This document shows positions 18,284 through 29,255 of a stretch of 64,000 nucleotides of DNA, piece after piece. This DNA is from Minisyncoccota bacterium. Its GTDB lineage: Bacteria > Patescibacteriota > Minisyncoccia > Phycocordibacterales > UBA9973. The stretch spans positions 63,353 to 127,352 of the forward strand of contig CALNZI010000007.1 of the NCBI GenBank assembly GCA_942491275.1. The letters run 5' to 3'. Position numbers and translations under genes: made by a program. Position 1 is the first letter of the stretch, and each line of letters opens with the position of its first letter. The notes under the pieces are model-generated. The model had not been told where the DNA came from, made no database searches, and saw only the letters and a program-made list of their open reading frames with translations.

Positions 18284-19579
18284 TTATTTTAAACTTTTGA
18301 GATATTCTAGTAGTTTTTCCAATTTAACAGTTTTTTGAGAACGATTACTCATGTCTCTAACAATGGCTGAATTTTCTATAGCTTCTTTTTGTCCAAAAAT
18401 GATAGCATAATTCATTCCAAGTTTTTCAGCTGTTGCCAACTGAGAGCCCAGGTTGTCTTTTGAGAGAGATTGCGCAATTGGGACTCTTCCTTTTCGTAAA
18501 ATTTCGATAAGATTGAGTGATTTTAATTTTGCATCAAAACCAAGCTGAATGAAATATATTTTTGGCTTCTTAATTATTCTAGGTGAAAGGTTTGCGAACC
18601 AAGGAGCTTCAACAATTCGATCAACTCCAATTGAAATTCCAACGGCTGGAATATCTTTTTTACTTCCCAACTGTCGTCCTAGATAATCATACCGTCCACC
18701 CCCAGCGATGCTGACCATTTTACCAGTTTCTTCATCGGGTGCCATAATTTCAACCACAGTTCTTGTATAGTAAGATAATCCACGAACTAAACATTTATTT
18801 ATGGTGTAGGGAATTCCCATTTCCTCTAAATATTCTAGAACTTCCTTAAAGTGTTTTTTGCAGGCAGGGCAAAGAGTGGAAAGAATATCGGGAGCTCCCT
18901 GGTTGAGTTCGATTGTTTTTTCATCTTTTGAATCAAGTATTCTTAAAGGATTTGTTTTTAATCTTTCTTTCTCTAAAGCAGAAAGGTGGCTTACATTTTT
19001 TTTATAATAAGAAACTAATTCTTGAATGTATGATTTTCGACAATCCTTATCTCCGATTGAATTTATATCTAAAGATAGATCTTTCGCTCCAGATTCTTCT
19101 AATATTGTCCAAGCCGTTTTAATGGCTAGGGCATCAAGAATGCTTTTTTCATTGCCCAAAATATCCATATCAAATTGAAAAAATTGACGGTATCTTCCTT
19201 TTTGGGGTTTGTCATGCCTAAAAACTGGACCATAACTATAAAGTAGTACTGGTTGAGGGAGAGATTGCATCCCATTTTCAATATAACTTCGCATTAAACC
19301 AGCAGTGTGTTCTGGACGTAGTGCCAGTCGATCACCCCCCTTTGTTTTCAAAGAATACATTTCTTTATCAATTATATCGGTTCCGGTTCCAATAGAAGAA
19401 GTAAAAACATCTTCTTCTTCAACTATAGGAGTATCTATTGGTTTGAAGCCGTAGTAAACCGCGACTTCTTGAGCTTTTTCAAAAAATCCTTGAAAATGAT
19501 AATATTTCTCTCCAATAATATCACGCATACCTTTCACAGAATTCATAGGACCTTTTTTTGTTTTTTTGACTTTGGGCAT
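18284..19579 (-). CDS. hisS: Histidyl-tRNA synthetase
   Basis: Class II aaRS motifs with a HisRS-type N-terminus (MRDIIGEKYYHFQ...RPEHTAGLMRSY) and an anticodon-binding C-terminus. Confidence 0.9.
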   Translation of the reverse strand: MPKVKKTKKGPMNSVKGMRDIIGEKYYHFQGFFEKAQEVAVYYGFKPIDTPIVEEEDVFTSSIGTGTDIIDKEMYSLKTKGGDRLALRPEHTAGLMRSYIENGMQSLPQPVLLYSYGPVFRHDKPQKGRYRQFFQFDMDILGNEKSILDALAIKTAWTILEESGAKDLSLDINSIGDKDCRKSYIQELVSYYKKNVSHLSALEKERLKTNPLRILDSKDEKTIELNQGAPDILSTLCPACKKHFKEVLEYLEEMGIPYTINKCLVRGLSYYTRTVVEIMAPDEETGKMVSIAGGGRYDYLGRQLGSKKDIPAVGISIGVDRIVEAPWFANLSPRIIKKPKIYFIQLGFDAKLKSLNLIEILRKGRVPIAQSLSKDNLGSQLATAEKLGMNYAIIFGQKEAIENSAIVRDMSNRSQKTVKLEKLLEYLKSLK

Positions 19580-19605
19580 ATTTTAATTAATTAAATGTTA
19601 AAAAT

Positions 19606-20157
19606 TTAGTTGTCAGTTTTATATTCACCTGGTAGATAGGAGATTTCTTTTAGAGGAAGAAGCCTTAGGTAAGCTCTACCAATCATTAATTTATGAGGAA
19701 GTAATCCCCAAATTCTAGAGTCTGAACTTTTATTTCTATTGTCTCCTAGAACAAAATAATTTTTTTCTCCTGTTCTATATGTTCCATTTCCTTCAAAGTA
19801 TTCAGTAACATAGGGTTCATCTAGAATAAAACCTTCAGGATGTTCCGCATTCATGATTTTAACTTCATTTTTATTAATAATTATTTTTTCATTTGGTAAA
19901 CCGATAATTCTTTTAATGAAGAATCTTTTTGGGTCGTTTGGGTAGCGAAAAATTACCACTTCTCCTCGTTCTGGTTCTCCAATAATATAAGAAATCTCAT
20001 CAACGATCAGGTATTCTCCATTATGAAAAGTAGGGACCATTGATTCTCCATTAACGATAAATGGTTGAGCAATAAACATTCGTATTGGGATAACAATTGC
20101 AAAAGCAATTACAGCAAATTTAATTAAATCCCAAATATTCTCTTTCTTTTTTTCCAT
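19606..20157 (-). CDS. lepB: Signal peptidase I
   Basis: MEKKKENIWD...NGESMVPTF...IKRIIGLPNEK...VLGDNRNKSSDSRIWG. The ORF-track entry 19606..20403 carries an implausible N-terminal extension, so the start was moved to the ATG at 20155-20157. Confidence 0.8.
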   Translation of the reverse strand: MEKKKENIWDLIKFAVIAFAIVIPIRMFIAQPFIVNGESMVPTFHNGEYLIVDEISYIIGEPERGEVVIFRYPNDPKRFFIKRIIGLPNEKIIINKNEVKIMNAEHPEGFILDEPYVTEYFEGNGTYRTGEKNYFVLGDNRNKSSDSRIWGLLPHKLMIGRAYLRLLPLKEISYLPGEYKTDN

Positions 20158-20278
20158 GTTTTTTATTTTATCACAGAAGTAGTATTGACATAATGTTAAA
20201 ACTCGTGTCTTGATGTGTTTCTTGTAACTAAAACAATTCTTAAAATTGATTGTATTTAAATTATGATATAATAAAAAA

Positions 20279-20845
20279 ATGATTTTAGTAGTTGGACTTG
20301 GAAATCCAGAAAAAAAATATGAGAAAACCAGACACAATGCCGGGTTTATTATTCTTAATAGTATTTTAGGTGATGTGAGTTGGAATAAAAGTTCAAAGGC
20401 CAATGCTTTTTATTTTTGGGATAAAGGTGGAGCTCAGGAGGTGGAATATTTAAAACCACAAACTTTTATGAATAATTCAGGTAGAGCTGTTTCCTATGCT
20501 CAAAAAAATCACGATTTGGAGGCAGAAAATATTGTTGTGGTTTATGATGATATAGATTTACCCTTTGGTAAAATAAAAATTTCCTATGATAGGGGAGATG
20601 GTGGACATAATGGAGTTAAATCTATCATGGATCATTTGGGTTCTCAGTCCTTTATTCGTATCCGAGTTGGAGTTTCTATTTTAGATGAGAATGAAATACT
20701 ACGTAAACCCGATGTTCTTAGTAAATTTTCTAAAAAAGAATTTGAATTGCTAGAAAAAGATATTTCTTCAACAGTGAAAGAGATTATTGAAATGATATCC
20801 AAAGAGGGGAAAGATTCTGCTATGAATAAGTTTAATACAAATTAA
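20279..20845 (+). CDS. pth: Peptidyl-tRNA hydrolase
   Basis: MILVVGLGNPEKKYEKTRHNAGF...NNSGRAV...GGHNG. Confidence 0.9.
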   Translation: MILVVGLGNPEKKYEKTRHNAGFIILNSILGDVSWNKSSKANAFYFWDKGGAQEVEYLKPQTFMNNSGRAVSYAQKNHDLEAENIVVVYDDIDLPFGKIKISYDRGDGGHNGVKSIMDHLGSQSFIRIRVGVSILDENEILRKPDVLSKFSKKEFELLEKDISSTVKEIIEMISKEGKDSAMNKFNTN

Positions 20846-20869
20846 AAACCACCCAATTGGGTGGTTTTT
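20845..20869. terminator. Bidirectional rho-independent terminator between pth and rpsA
   Basis: aaaaaccaccc-aatt-gggtggttttt. Confidence 0.55.
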
Positions 20870-20881
20870 AATTTAGAGTTT

Positions 20882-22069
20882 TTACTCAGCTTTGCCTCCT
20901 TCCAGGGCTTCTTTAGCTGGAGTCTCTTCTTTTTCTTTGCCTTTCTCTTTTTCGGCAGCATCTTTGTCTAAGAAAATTAAAGTCATTCTTTGTTCAGCTG
21001 GTTCGAATAGAGTAATTTGGAAATCGTAAGTTTTTCCAAGATCAAGAGTTTGTTTTAGTTTTTCTTCGGAACCAAAACTAGAATTGTGGACTAATCCAGC
21101 AACACCTTGTTTGATTGAAACCAAAGCTCCATGTTTGTTGAACTTAATAACAACTCCAGAAACGATGTCTCCTTTTTTAAGACTGTTTTCAAATTCATTC
21201 CATGGGTTCTCTTTCAAAGCTTTTATTGAAAGAGAGATTTTATCATCTTTAATTTCAATAATTTTAGCTTTAACCTTATCATCAACTTTAAACATTCCTC
21301 GTGGATCTTCAACTAGACCCCAGTCAATTTCAGAAATATGAACCAATCCTTCAAATCCTTCCTCAACCTTTAGGAAGACTCCAAAGTCAACGATTCCGGC
21401 TACTGTACAATCTAATTCATCTCCAACTTTATATTTACCGATTATTTCTTGTCTTTCTTCGGGGTTGTTTTCTTTTTCAGAGAAAATTAATTTTCCTTCC
21501 TTTGGTAAAGCAGAAATCATAATAACTTCCATTCTTTTTCCGACAAGAGTTTTCAAAGCCTTTAGAATTTTGTCTTTATCTGAATCTTCAACTCGTGGGT
21601 AGTTTTCACTCTTAAGTTGAGATGCTGGAAGGAATCCGGAGATACCTTGCCAGTCAAGGATAAGACCTCCTTTATTGGCTTCCTTAACAGTTAATTCAAG
21701 AGTTTGTTTAGACTTAATAGCTTTTTCAGCTTCACTCCATAGAAGAGCTTGACGAGCCTCCTTAAGTGAAAGTTCAATATATCCTTCATCGCTGTCTGTT
21801 AAAACAACCTTAGCTTTAACAACGTCTCCAATGCTAATTTTCCTAATGATGTCTTTTGCGTTAATAAATTCACGTCCATAAATGATACCTGTACCAAATG
21901 GAGTTAAATCTACATAGACAGAAGATTTTTGAATTGAAATAACAGGGCCCTCAACAAGAGCTTCAACTTGAGGAGGAAGTTCTGTTTTTTCGAGCATTTT
22001 ACCAATACTAGAAAGTTCGATTTTTACTTCTTCCGCAACAACATCAACTATTTCTTCTTTTGTATTCAT
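20882..22069 (-). CDS. rpsA: 30S ribosomal protein S1 (four S1 domains)
   Basis: Repeated S1 RNA-binding domains (GDVVKAKVV..., VGDELDCTVAGIVDFGVFLKVEEGFEGLVHISE) and an acidic C-terminal tail. Confidence 0.75.
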   Translation of the reverse strand: MNTKEEIVDVVAEEVKIELSSIGKMLEKTELPPQVEALVEGPVISIQKSSVYVDLTPFGTGIIYGREFINAKDIIRKISIGDVVKAKVVLTDSDEGYIELSLKEARQALLWSEAEKAIKSKQTLELTVKEANKGGLILDWQGISGFLPASQLKSENYPRVEDSDKDKILKALKTLVGKRMEVIMISALPKEGKLIFSEKENNPEERQEIIGKYKVGDELDCTVAGIVDFGVFLKVEEGFEGLVHISEIDWGLVEDPRGMFKVDDKVKAKIIEIKDDKISLSIKALKENPWNEFENSLKKGDIVSGVVIKFNKHGALVSIKQGVAGLVHNSSFGSEEKLKQTLDLGKTYDFQITLFEPAEQRMTLIFLDKDAAEKEKGKEKEETPAKEALEGGKAE

Positions 22070-22291
22070 AATAATGTATTGTTCCAGTTTTTTTAATTTT
22101 GGAACTAAAAAAACCGCTCTTTAGCGGCACAGTTTGAGTGTCTTCTCTCTGCTTGGCTTCCAAGTCATTAAAAAGGTTTAATCTCAACTGGGCTTTTAAT
22201 AGATAATTTATACTATATTTACTATAAATATGCAAGTTCAAAAATGATTTTAACCCTTTTGTTTTTAGTCTAAATTTGATATAATAGCTCC

Positions 22292-22918
22292 ATGATAATC
22301 ACTTATTTAGGTAAACAATTCTTTAAAATTCAGCAGGGAGATTTAACTGTTGCTTTTAATCCAATCAGTAAAGATACAAAATCAAATGTTAAGACATCTC
22401 GTTTTGGTTCAGACATTGCACTTTCAACAATTAACCATCCTGATTACAATGGATTTGGCATGGTTTCCCACGGAGAAGTATCCCCTTTTTCAATTTCTGG
22501 TCCAGGAGATTACGAAATTAAAGACATATTTATTAAAGGGACAATGACGGAAACTATTCTTGAAAAGAAAAAATATATTAATACAATTTATTCAATGTCC
22601 ATTGATAATATCTCTCTGTGTTTTCTGGGAACTGTTTCTAAAGAGAAGATAGAGGCAAAGGTTTTAGAAGATATTGATTCCCCGGACGTATTATTTGTTT
22701 CTCTTGGAGATGATGAATTAATGACTTCAGCGGAAGCCTATAAATTAGCTGTTAAGCTTGAATCTAAAATTATTATTCCAATGGATTATGACAAAAAGTC
22801 TCTGGAGGCCTTCCTTAAGGAAGGAGGGCAAGATAAAGTTCCTTCAATTGAAAAATTAACTATTAAAGCCAAAGACATCGTTGGTCGTGAAGGTGAGATT
22901 GTGGTATTATCAGCCTAG
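22292..22918 (+). CDS. Metallo-beta-lactamase fold metal-dependent hydrolase (UPF0173-like)
   Basis: MIITYLGKQFFKIQQGDLTVAFNPIS... resembles the N-terminus of the MBL-fold UPF0173 family. Confidence 0.5.
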   Translation: MIITYLGKQFFKIQQGDLTVAFNPISKDTKSNVKTSRFGSDIALSTINHPDYNGFGMVSHGEVSPFSISGPGDYEIKDIFIKGTMTETILEKKKYINTIYSMSIDNISLCFLGTVSKEKIEAKVLEDIDSPDVLFVSLGDDELMTSAEAYKLAVKLESKIIIPMDYDKKSLEAFLKEGGQDKVPSIEKLTIKAKDIVGREGEIVVLSA

Positions 22919-22930
22919 TTTAAAAATTAT

Positions 22931-23251
22931 ATGAGAGCCTATATAAAAAATTTACAAAGTAAAGACGAAATTGTTCGGAAGCAAATATTTTTTGGATTGA
23001 TGGTGGTTTCGATGTTTGTTGTTGGATTTGTTTGGATTTATAATTTAACAGATAGATTAGATAAAAAAGTCTCAGAACAAGTTCGTGAAGATGTTAAACC
23101 TTTTAAACTTTTCGCCAATTCACTTTCAAGTACTTATAAAGATATTAGTGCTAGTGTTGGAAATATAAAAACAGCAAAAGAAGAAGTTCCTGTTGTAGAA
23201 GTTTCAGAAAAACAGATTGACCTAGTAATAATAGAAGAAGTGAAAGATTAA
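22931..23251 (+). CDS. Hypothetical membrane protein
   Basis: 106 aa with one TM helix. Confidence 0.35.
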   Translation: MRAYIKNLQSKDEIVRKQIFFGLMVVSMFVVGFVWIYNLTDRLDKKVSEQVREDVKPFKLFANSLSSTYKDISASVGNIKTAKEEVPVVEVSEKQIDLVIIEEVKD

Positions 23252-23256
23252 TAATT

Positions 23257-25701
23257 ATGTCTAAAAAAGAAGAAAAGAAAGAACAAACAAATATTGTTTC
23301 CGTTGATATTGGTGGTGAAATGAAAAATTCTTTCATTGACTATGCCATGTCAGTTATTGTGGATAGAGCATTGCCCGATGTGCGAGATGGATTGAAACCG
23401 GTTCATCGTCGGATTCTTTATGCCATGCATGAAATGGGCTTAAGTCATCAGGGGCGCTTCCGTAAAAGTGCCGCAGTGGTTGGAGATGTCTTAGGAAAAT
23501 ATCACCCTCACGGAGATGTAGCCGTTTACGATTCCATGGCTGGGATGGCTCAATATTTTTCATATAGATATCCATTGGTTTTTGGTCAAGGTAACTTTGG
23601 CTCCATTGATGGAGATAGACAAGCGGCCATGCGTTATACTGAAGCAAAGATGTCCAAAATATCTTCCTTGCTATTACTTGATTTGGAAAAAGAAACTGTT
23701 GATTTTCAACCCAACTACGACCAAACTAGAAAAATGCCTAGCGTCTTACCTACAGCTGTTCCAAGCTTACTTTTAAATGGAACTCTGGGTATCGCTGTTG
23801 GAATGGCCACAAATATTCCTCCGCATAATCTAGGAGAAGTTGTTGATGCTGCTATCCATTTGATTGACAACAAAGATGCCACAACAGAAGATTTAATGAA
23901 TTTTATAAAGGGTCCAGATTTTCCAATTGGAGGTATTGTTTATGGACAATCTGATTTAGTCCATGCTTACTCTACTGGAAGAGGAGGAGTTGTTACTCGA
24001 GGTGAAGCAGAAATTGTTGAAGCAAAAAATGGACAATTTCAAATTATAATTACTTCAATTCCTTATCGTGTTAACAAATCTTCATTAATTGAAGCTATTG
24101 CTGGTTTGATTCAGACCAAAAAGCTTGAAGGGATCAAGGCTCTTCGTGATGAATCTACGAAAGATATTAGAGTAGTTATAGAATTGAAATCAGGAATTTT
24201 CCCACAAAAAGTTTTAAATTATATTTACAAACATACTCAACTTGAGCAGTCATTTAATTTTAATATTGTTGCATTGGTTGATGGTGTCCCTCAAACTTTG
24301 TCATTGAAAGGTTTATTGAGTGAGTTCGTTGATCATAGAGTCATTGTTGTTCGTCGCCGGACTGAATATGATTTACGAAAAGCTCAAGACAGAGAACATA
24401 TTTTACTTGGGCTTAAAAAAGCTCTTGATCACATAGATAAAGTTATTTCTGTAATTCGAGCATCTAAAGATACGTCCGTTGCTAAAGCCAATTTAATGAA
24501 ACAATTTAAATTTTCAGATCTTCAAGCTTCTGCTATTTTAGAAATGAAGTTGGCTAAATTGGCTGGACTTGAAAGAAAAAATGTTGAACTTGAATTAAAA
24601 CAAAAGCAAGAATTAATAAAAGAACTTCAGGCATTGTTGGCTAGTCCAAAGAAAATGCTAAAGGTTATTTCAGAAGAATTGAAAGATATAAAAGAAAAAT
24701 ATTCTGACGAAAGAAGAACTCGTATTATTAAAGGTGGAGTTAAGGCTATTAATGAAGAAGATTTAATTCCAGAGAAAGAATCAATACTTGTTTTCACAAA
24801 AGGAGGCTATGTTAAAAGAACTGATCCAGGTGAATACCGAAAACAAAAGAGAGGAGGAGTTGGAGTTATTGATATCGAGCCTAAGGAAGAAGATTTTGTC
24901 ACAATGCTTTTGACTGCTAGTACTCATAGTGATTTGTTATTCTTTACAAATCTAGGAAAGGCCTATCAAATTAAAATGTATGATATTCCAGAAGGGAAAC
25001 GTGCCACAAAAGGAAAATCAATTATGAATTTTATTTCTCTGGAAAGTGATGAAAAAGTAACATCCATATTACCAATGGATAAGGAATCCATGAAGACAGC
25101 AACTCATTTAATGCTGGTTACAAAAAATGGTGTTGCTAAAAAAGTTTCCGCCGAAAGCTTTAAAGATGTTCGTCGAAGTGGCTTAATCGCTATTAAATTA
25201 GAAAAAGAAGACGAATTAAAAGATGTTCTTTCTATCACAAAAGGAGATGATGTTATGCTTGCCACAGCTTTAGGACAATCAATTAGATTTAAAGAAAGTG
25301 ATGTTCGGGAAATGGGAAGAACAGCCAGCGGAGTTAGGGGAATTAAATTAAATAAAGATGACTTTGTTATTGGAGTTGATAATATTTCAAAAGGAGAAGT
25401 TGATTTATCCCTATTAACCCTTGGCTCAAATGGTCTTGGTAAAAAAACAAATATTAAAGAATACAAAACTCAAAAAAGAGGAGGTTCAGGAATTAAAACA
25501 GCTAAAGTGAACAAAAAAACAGGGAACTTGATTGTGGCTAAGTTGGTGGGTGATGAAAATGAAATAATTGCTGTTTCTCAGAAAGGGCAGGTGATTCGTG
25601 TTGATTTAGAATCCATTCCTTCATCTGGACGTCAGACTCAGGGAGTTACAGTAATGAAATTAAGGGCTGGAGATAGCATTGCTTCCATTACGTGCCTATA
25701 A
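23257..25701 (+). CDS. gyrA: DNA gyrase subunit A
   Basis: [26 protein letters not shown], the active-site [13 protein letters not shown], and C-terminal beta-pinwheel repeats. Confidence 0.95.
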   Translation: MSKKEEKKEQTNIVSVDIGGEMKNSFIDYAMSVIVDRALPDVRDGLKPVHRRILYAMHEMGLSHQGRFRKSAAVVGDVLGKYHPHGDVAVYDSMAGMAQYFSYRYPLVFGQGNFGSIDGDRQAAMRYTEAKMSKISSLLLLDLEKETVDFQPNYDQTRKMPSVLPTAVPSLLLNGTLGIAVGMATNIPPHNLGEVVDAAIHLIDNKDATTEDLMNFIKGPDFPIGGIVYGQSDLVHAYSTGRGGVVTRGEAEIVEAKNGQFQIIITSIPYRVNKSSLIEAIAGLIQTKKLEGIKALRDESTKDIRVVIELKSGIFPQKVLNYIYKHTQLEQSFNFNIVALVDGVPQTLSLKGLLSEFVDHRVIVVRRRTEYDLRKAQDREHILLGLKKALDHIDKVISVIRASKDTSVAKANLMKQFKFSDLQASAILEMKLAKLAGLERKNVELELKQKQELIKELQALLASPKKMLKVISEELKDIKEKYSDERRTRIIKGGVKAINEEDLIPEKESILVFTKGGYVKRTDPGEYRKQKRGGVGVIDIEPKEEDFVTMLLTASTHSDLLFFTNLGKAYQIKMYDIPEGKRATKGKSIMNFISLESDEKVTSILPMDKESMKTATHLMLVTKNGVAKKVSAESFKDVRRSGLIAIKLEKEDELKDVLSITKGDDVMLATALGQSIRFKESDVREMGRTASGVRGIKLNKDDFVIGVDNISKGEVDLSLLTLGSNGLGKKTNIKEYKTQKRGGSGIKTAKVNKKTGNLIVAKLVGDENEIIAVSQKGQVIRVDLESIPSSGRQTQGVTVMKLRAGDSIASITCL

Positions 25702-25724
25702 TAAATATGTTATAATAAATATAT

Positions 25725-26252
25725 ATGTTTTCTAACCCAGAACAAAATGTTGGACAATTGGGATTAAGAGAAGGGATGAAAGTCGCTGATTTTGGGGCGG
25801 GAACCGGAATGTATTCTAAAGCTGCTGGGAAAAGAGTGGGAGAGGAAGGAAAAGTTTATGCTGTTGAAGTTCAGAAAGACTTAGTCAAGAAAATGGAAAA
25901 TGAAATTAAAACTTGGGGGGCAGTTAATATCGAATGTATTTGGGGTGACATCGAAAAAAAGAACGGGACTAAAATTGCCGATCAATCAATGGACGCGGTG
26001 ATTGTTTCTAACGTGTTTTTTCAAGTGGCAGATAAATTAGGCTTAATTGATGAAGTTAAAAGAATATTAAAAGAGAAAGGGAAGGTTTTGTTTATAGACT
26101 GGAGTGATTCTTTTAATGGAATGGGTCCAGCTTTGGAGCATATTATAAAAAAAGAAAAATCCATTGAATTATTTGGGAGTAGGGGTTTTAAGTTTTTAGA
26201 AGATGTAATTGTTTCAGACCATCATTATGGTATAATTTTTATACATGAATAA
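25725..26252 (+). CDS. Class I SAM-dependent methyltransferase
   Basis: Motif I VADFGAGTGMYS. Confidence 0.6.
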   Translation: MFSNPEQNVGQLGLREGMKVADFGAGTGMYSKAAGKRVGEEGKVYAVEVQKDLVKKMENEIKTWGAVNIECIWGDIEKKNGTKIADQSMDAVIVSNVFFQVADKLGLIDEVKRILKEKGKVLFIDWSDSFNGMGPALEHIIKKEKSIELFGSRGFKFLEDVIVSDHHYGIIFIHE

Positions 26253-27543
26253 TTTTCAAACAATTTTATCTGCTATATTTCTCGCATTTTTTATATTTGC
26301 AGTGATGATTTTTTCTGGAATGATAAAAATTGGAGATAATACAAATACTTCAGGAGGGCTGACTGGTAAGGTTGTAATTTGGGGTACCTTGACCGAACCT
26401 AATTTATATAAAGTTTTTGAAATAGCTACAGAAGATCACCAGGATTTAAATATTCGTTACATTAAGAAATCACCCTTGACCTATCAACAAGATTTGATTG
26501 AAGCTTTTGCTTCTGAAAAAGGGCCTGATCTATTTTTTATTACTCCTGATATGATTATCAAAAATAAGGATTTCTTTTATCCGGTACCCTATGAAAGTTA
26601 TCCGGAAAAAGTTTTTAGAGATTCATTTATAGATGGAGCAAATATATTTTTAGCAGAGGATGGAATAATTGGTTTTCCGATTGTAGTGGACCCGATGGTT
26701 CTTTATTACAACAAAAACATGTTGAATGATCAAGGATTAGTTTCTCCTCCAGTTCTTTGGAATGATTTATTTAATTTAAATGAATTGTTAACAAAAAGTG
26801 AAAATGATGGAACTATTTTGGAGAGCATGATTGCTCTGGGAAGATATGACAATATAAATAATTCAAAGGAAATTCTATCAACATTTTTGTTACAAAGTGG
26901 GGATCCGATAGTTGTTCGAGAAGGGAATAACTATGTTTCGGTTTTAGATAAAAAAGCATTGGGGGCAAGTACTTCTCCTTTTAAAACAATACTTACCTTT
27001 ATAATGGAATTTTCTAATCCATCCAATAAAGGTTATTCTTGGAATCGCTCATTGTCTAGTTCTTTTGATATGTTTGTTCGTGGAAAATTGGCTTTTTATC
27101 TAGGGAAATCAAGTGAGTTATTTAAAATTCAATCAACCAATCCAAATTTGAGTTTTGATGTTGCTCCAATTCTTCAAACAAAAAATGTGCCAAAAAGGAC
27201 ATTTGCTGATATATATGCAATTACTGTTAATAAAAAATCACAAAACACCAGTTTAGCTTTTAGTGTTTCTGGATTGTTGAGTTCTAAAGATACTGTAAAA
27301 CATTTCAGTGATACTCTTTCACTTCCTCCGGCAACGAAATTATTACTTTCTGAGAAACCAACGGATCCATATATGTATAGTTTTTATGATTCTGCTATTT
27401 TTTCTCATTCTTGGATTGATCCAAATCCTGTTACAACTAATGCAATTTTTGGTGAATTATTCAACAATGTTTCATCTAATAAATTAGAAATTGACGCAGC
27501 TATTAATAAGGCCCAAGGCCAATTAAGTCAAACCGTTAAATAA
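26245..27543 (+). CDS. Extracellular solute-binding protein (ABC transporter, family 1-like)
   Basis: N-terminal TM/signal; PIVVDPMVLYYNKNMLNDQGLVSPPVLWNDL resembles the sugar-SBP motif. Confidence 0.5.
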   Translation: MNNFQTILSAIFLAFFIFAVMIFSGMIKIGDNTNTSGGLTGKVVIWGTLTEPNLYKVFEIATEDHQDLNIRYIKKSPLTYQQDLIEAFASEKGPDLFFITPDMIIKNKDFFYPVPYESYPEKVFRDSFIDGANIFLAEDGIIGFPIVVDPMVLYYNKNMLNDQGLVSPPVLWNDLFNLNELLTKSENDGTILESMIALGRYDNINNSKEILSTFLLQSGDPIVVREGNNYVSVLDKKALGASTSPFKTILTFIMEFSNPSNKGYSWNRSLSSSFDMFVRGKLAFYLGKSSELFKIQSTNPNLSFDVAPILQTKNVPKRTFADIYAITVNKKSQNTSLAFSVSGLLSSKDTVKHFSDTLSLPPATKLLLSEKPTDPYMYSFYDSAIFSHSWIDPNPVTTNAIFGELFNNVSSNKLEIDAAINKAQGQLSQTVK

Positions 27544-27544
27544 T

Positions 27545-27910
27545 ATGAAAAAAATACTAGCATTTCTTTTTAGTTTTATGATCCTTTTAGTTCCTGTGTT
27601 TTTTGTTACAGCTGCAGGGTTAGTACCAGATTGTCCTAATGGATGTAATTTTAATGATTTGATGATTATGATAAACAGGGTAATTAAATTTCTATTATTT
27701 ACCATTGCTACTCCGTTGGCTGCTATAATTTTTGCATATGCTGGATTTCTTTTGATTACTTCAGGGGGAGATCCCGGAAAGAAAACTCAGGCAAAAAAAA
27801 TAATAGGAAATTTATTGATTGGTTATATTATCGCTCTGGCCGCTTGGTTAATTGTGAATACCATTGTTACAGGGTTAGGTTTTACAGGTGATACATTTTT
27901 AGAGAAGTAA
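27545..27910 (+). CDS. TrbC/VirB2-like pilin family protein (paralog 1)
   Basis: Signal peptide, then two hydrophobic helices separated by a short basic loop (FLLFTIATPLAAIIFAYAGFLLITSGGDPGKKTQAKKIIGNLLIGYIIALAAWLIVNTI). This is the VirB2/TrbC topology. Confidence 0.55.
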   Translation: MKKILAFLFSFMILLVPVFFVTAAGLVPDCPNGCNFNDLMIMINRVIKFLLFTIATPLAAIIFAYAGFLLITSGGDPGKKTQAKKIIGNLLIGYIIALAAWLIVNTIVTGLGFTGDTFLEK

Positions 27911-27936
27911 ATTATTAATAGTTGAGTTAAAATAAT

Positions 27937-28410
27937 ATGAAAATTTTAAAAACAAAAAAATATAGCATTTTGAAAAATTTATTAAAATATAGTTTTGTAA
28001 TTGTATTTATTTTCTCTTTGGCAGTTGCTTCTGTTTTTGCAACAACAGACGGTGTAGGGAATACAGGAGGAGATGGAGTTGGGAATAATAATACTGGGAA
28101 TAATAGTGGTGAAATGAATTTAAATATAAACACTACAATTGATAATCCACTGAATGACAAACTTAACGATATTCCTTCTTTTATCCAAGCCATTCTAGAA
28201 ATTGTTTTAACTGTCGGTATTCCAATTGTAACTCTAGCAATTATTTATTCAGGTTTTCTTTTTGTTTCAGCTCAGGGTAGTCCAGAGAAATTAACTAAAG
28301 CCAAGAATACTTTAATGTACACCCTAATTGGGGCAGCTTTATTATTGGGAGCCTTTGTATTAGCAGAGGCAATACAATCAACGGTCGAAGAAATTAAAAC
28401 AACAACATAA
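27937..28410 (+). CDS. TrbC/VirB2-like pilin family protein (paralog 2) with Gly/Asn-rich linker
   Basis: Signal peptide, a GNTGGDGVGNNNTGNNSG low-complexity region, then the two-helix module IPIVTLAIIYSGFLFVSAQGSPEKLTKAKNTLMYTLIGAALLLGAFVLAEAI. Confidence 0.5.
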   Translation: MKILKTKKYSILKNLLKYSFVIVFIFSLAVASVFATTDGVGNTGGDGVGNNNTGNNSGEMNLNINTTIDNPLNDKLNDIPSFIQAILEIVLTVGIPIVTLAIIYSGFLFVSAQGSPEKLTKAKNTLMYTLIGAALLLGAFVLAEAIQSTVEEIKTTT

Positions 28411-28416
28411 TTAATT

Positions 28417-28734
28417 ATGAATGATCCAAAACAAATAACAGATGTTTGTAGTAATGTTAAATTTGATAGTATTGGAAATATTTTTAATTGGGCAAGCTGT
28501 ACTTTAGTAAAATCAATCATTCCTTTTCTGATTACTTTGGCAGTGGTCTCTTTTATTTGGGGAATAATTCAATATTTTTTAAATCCAGATAACGAAGAAA
28601 AACGCAAACAAGGTAAAACTTTTTTACTTTGGGGATTAATTGCGTTATTTGTCATGATTAGCGTTTGGGGATTAGTGAACATCTTCTCTGAGACTTTTCA
28701 TGTTAAAACACTTATTCCACAGCTTTCTCAGTAA
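28417..28734 (+). CDS. Pilin-like two-helix membrane protein (paralog 3)
   Basis: IIPFLITLAVVSFIWGIIQYFLNPDNEEKRKQGKTFLLWGLIALFVMISVWGLVNIF; the same two-helix-plus-basic-loop architecture. Confidence 0.45.
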   Translation: MNDPKQITDVCSNVKFDSIGNIFNWASCTLVKSIIPFLITLAVVSFIWGIIQYFLNPDNEEKRKQGKTFLLWGLIALFVMISVWGLVNIFSETFHVKTLIPQLSQ

Positions 28735-28892
28735 TTCCTTGCTTTTATTGTTGTATTTTTGTGATATAATACAAGTATCGTAAGTTGTTCTTTTTCTATA
28801 AAATATATAGAAATTATTATTAGGTCGTTGTTTTTTATTATTATTAAAATTACGTTTTTTAGATAAAATGTAATTAAATTAAGTTAAATTAT

Positions 28893-29255
28893 ATGAAAAA
28901 AATTATTTCATTGGGTGCTGTTTTAGGAACTTTTCCTTTGGCTGTGTTTGCAGAAGATGCTTTTGGTATTGTTTACACATTAAGTAATCTTCTTAACAAT
29001 TGGATAATTCCATTGTTGATTACTGTTGCAGTTGTTTATTTCATTTGGGGAGTTATTTCCTATATTACAGCTGGAGATGAAGAGAAAAAGAAAACAGGTA
29101 AGACTAAAATCATAAATGGTCTTATTGGATTATTTGTGATTGTTGCTTTCTGGGGAATAATAAGAGTTTTCTCATCAACATTTAATGTTGGACCAGAACA
29201 ATTAAACAATAACGCCATTCCTTGTATTCCTAGCCCAGGCTCCGATAATTGTTAA
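28893..29255 (+). CDS. Pilin-like two-helix membrane protein (paralog 4)
   Basis: Signal peptide plus IIPLLITVAVVYFIWGVISYITAGDEEKKKTGKTKIINGLIGLFVIVAFWGIIRVF. Confidence 0.45.
   Translation: MKKIISLGAVLGTFPLAVFAEDAFGIVYTLSNLLNNWIIPLLITVAVVYFIWGVISYITAGDEEKKKTGKTKIINGLIGLFVIVAFWGIIRVFSSTFNVGPEQLNNNAIPCIPSPGSDNC

Noticed and set aside
19606-20403. Full 265-aa lepB ORF as listed.
   Set aside because: The N-terminal 82 residues have no signal-peptidase similarity and overlap the pth promoter region. The internal Met (MEKKKENIWD) was chosen as the start.
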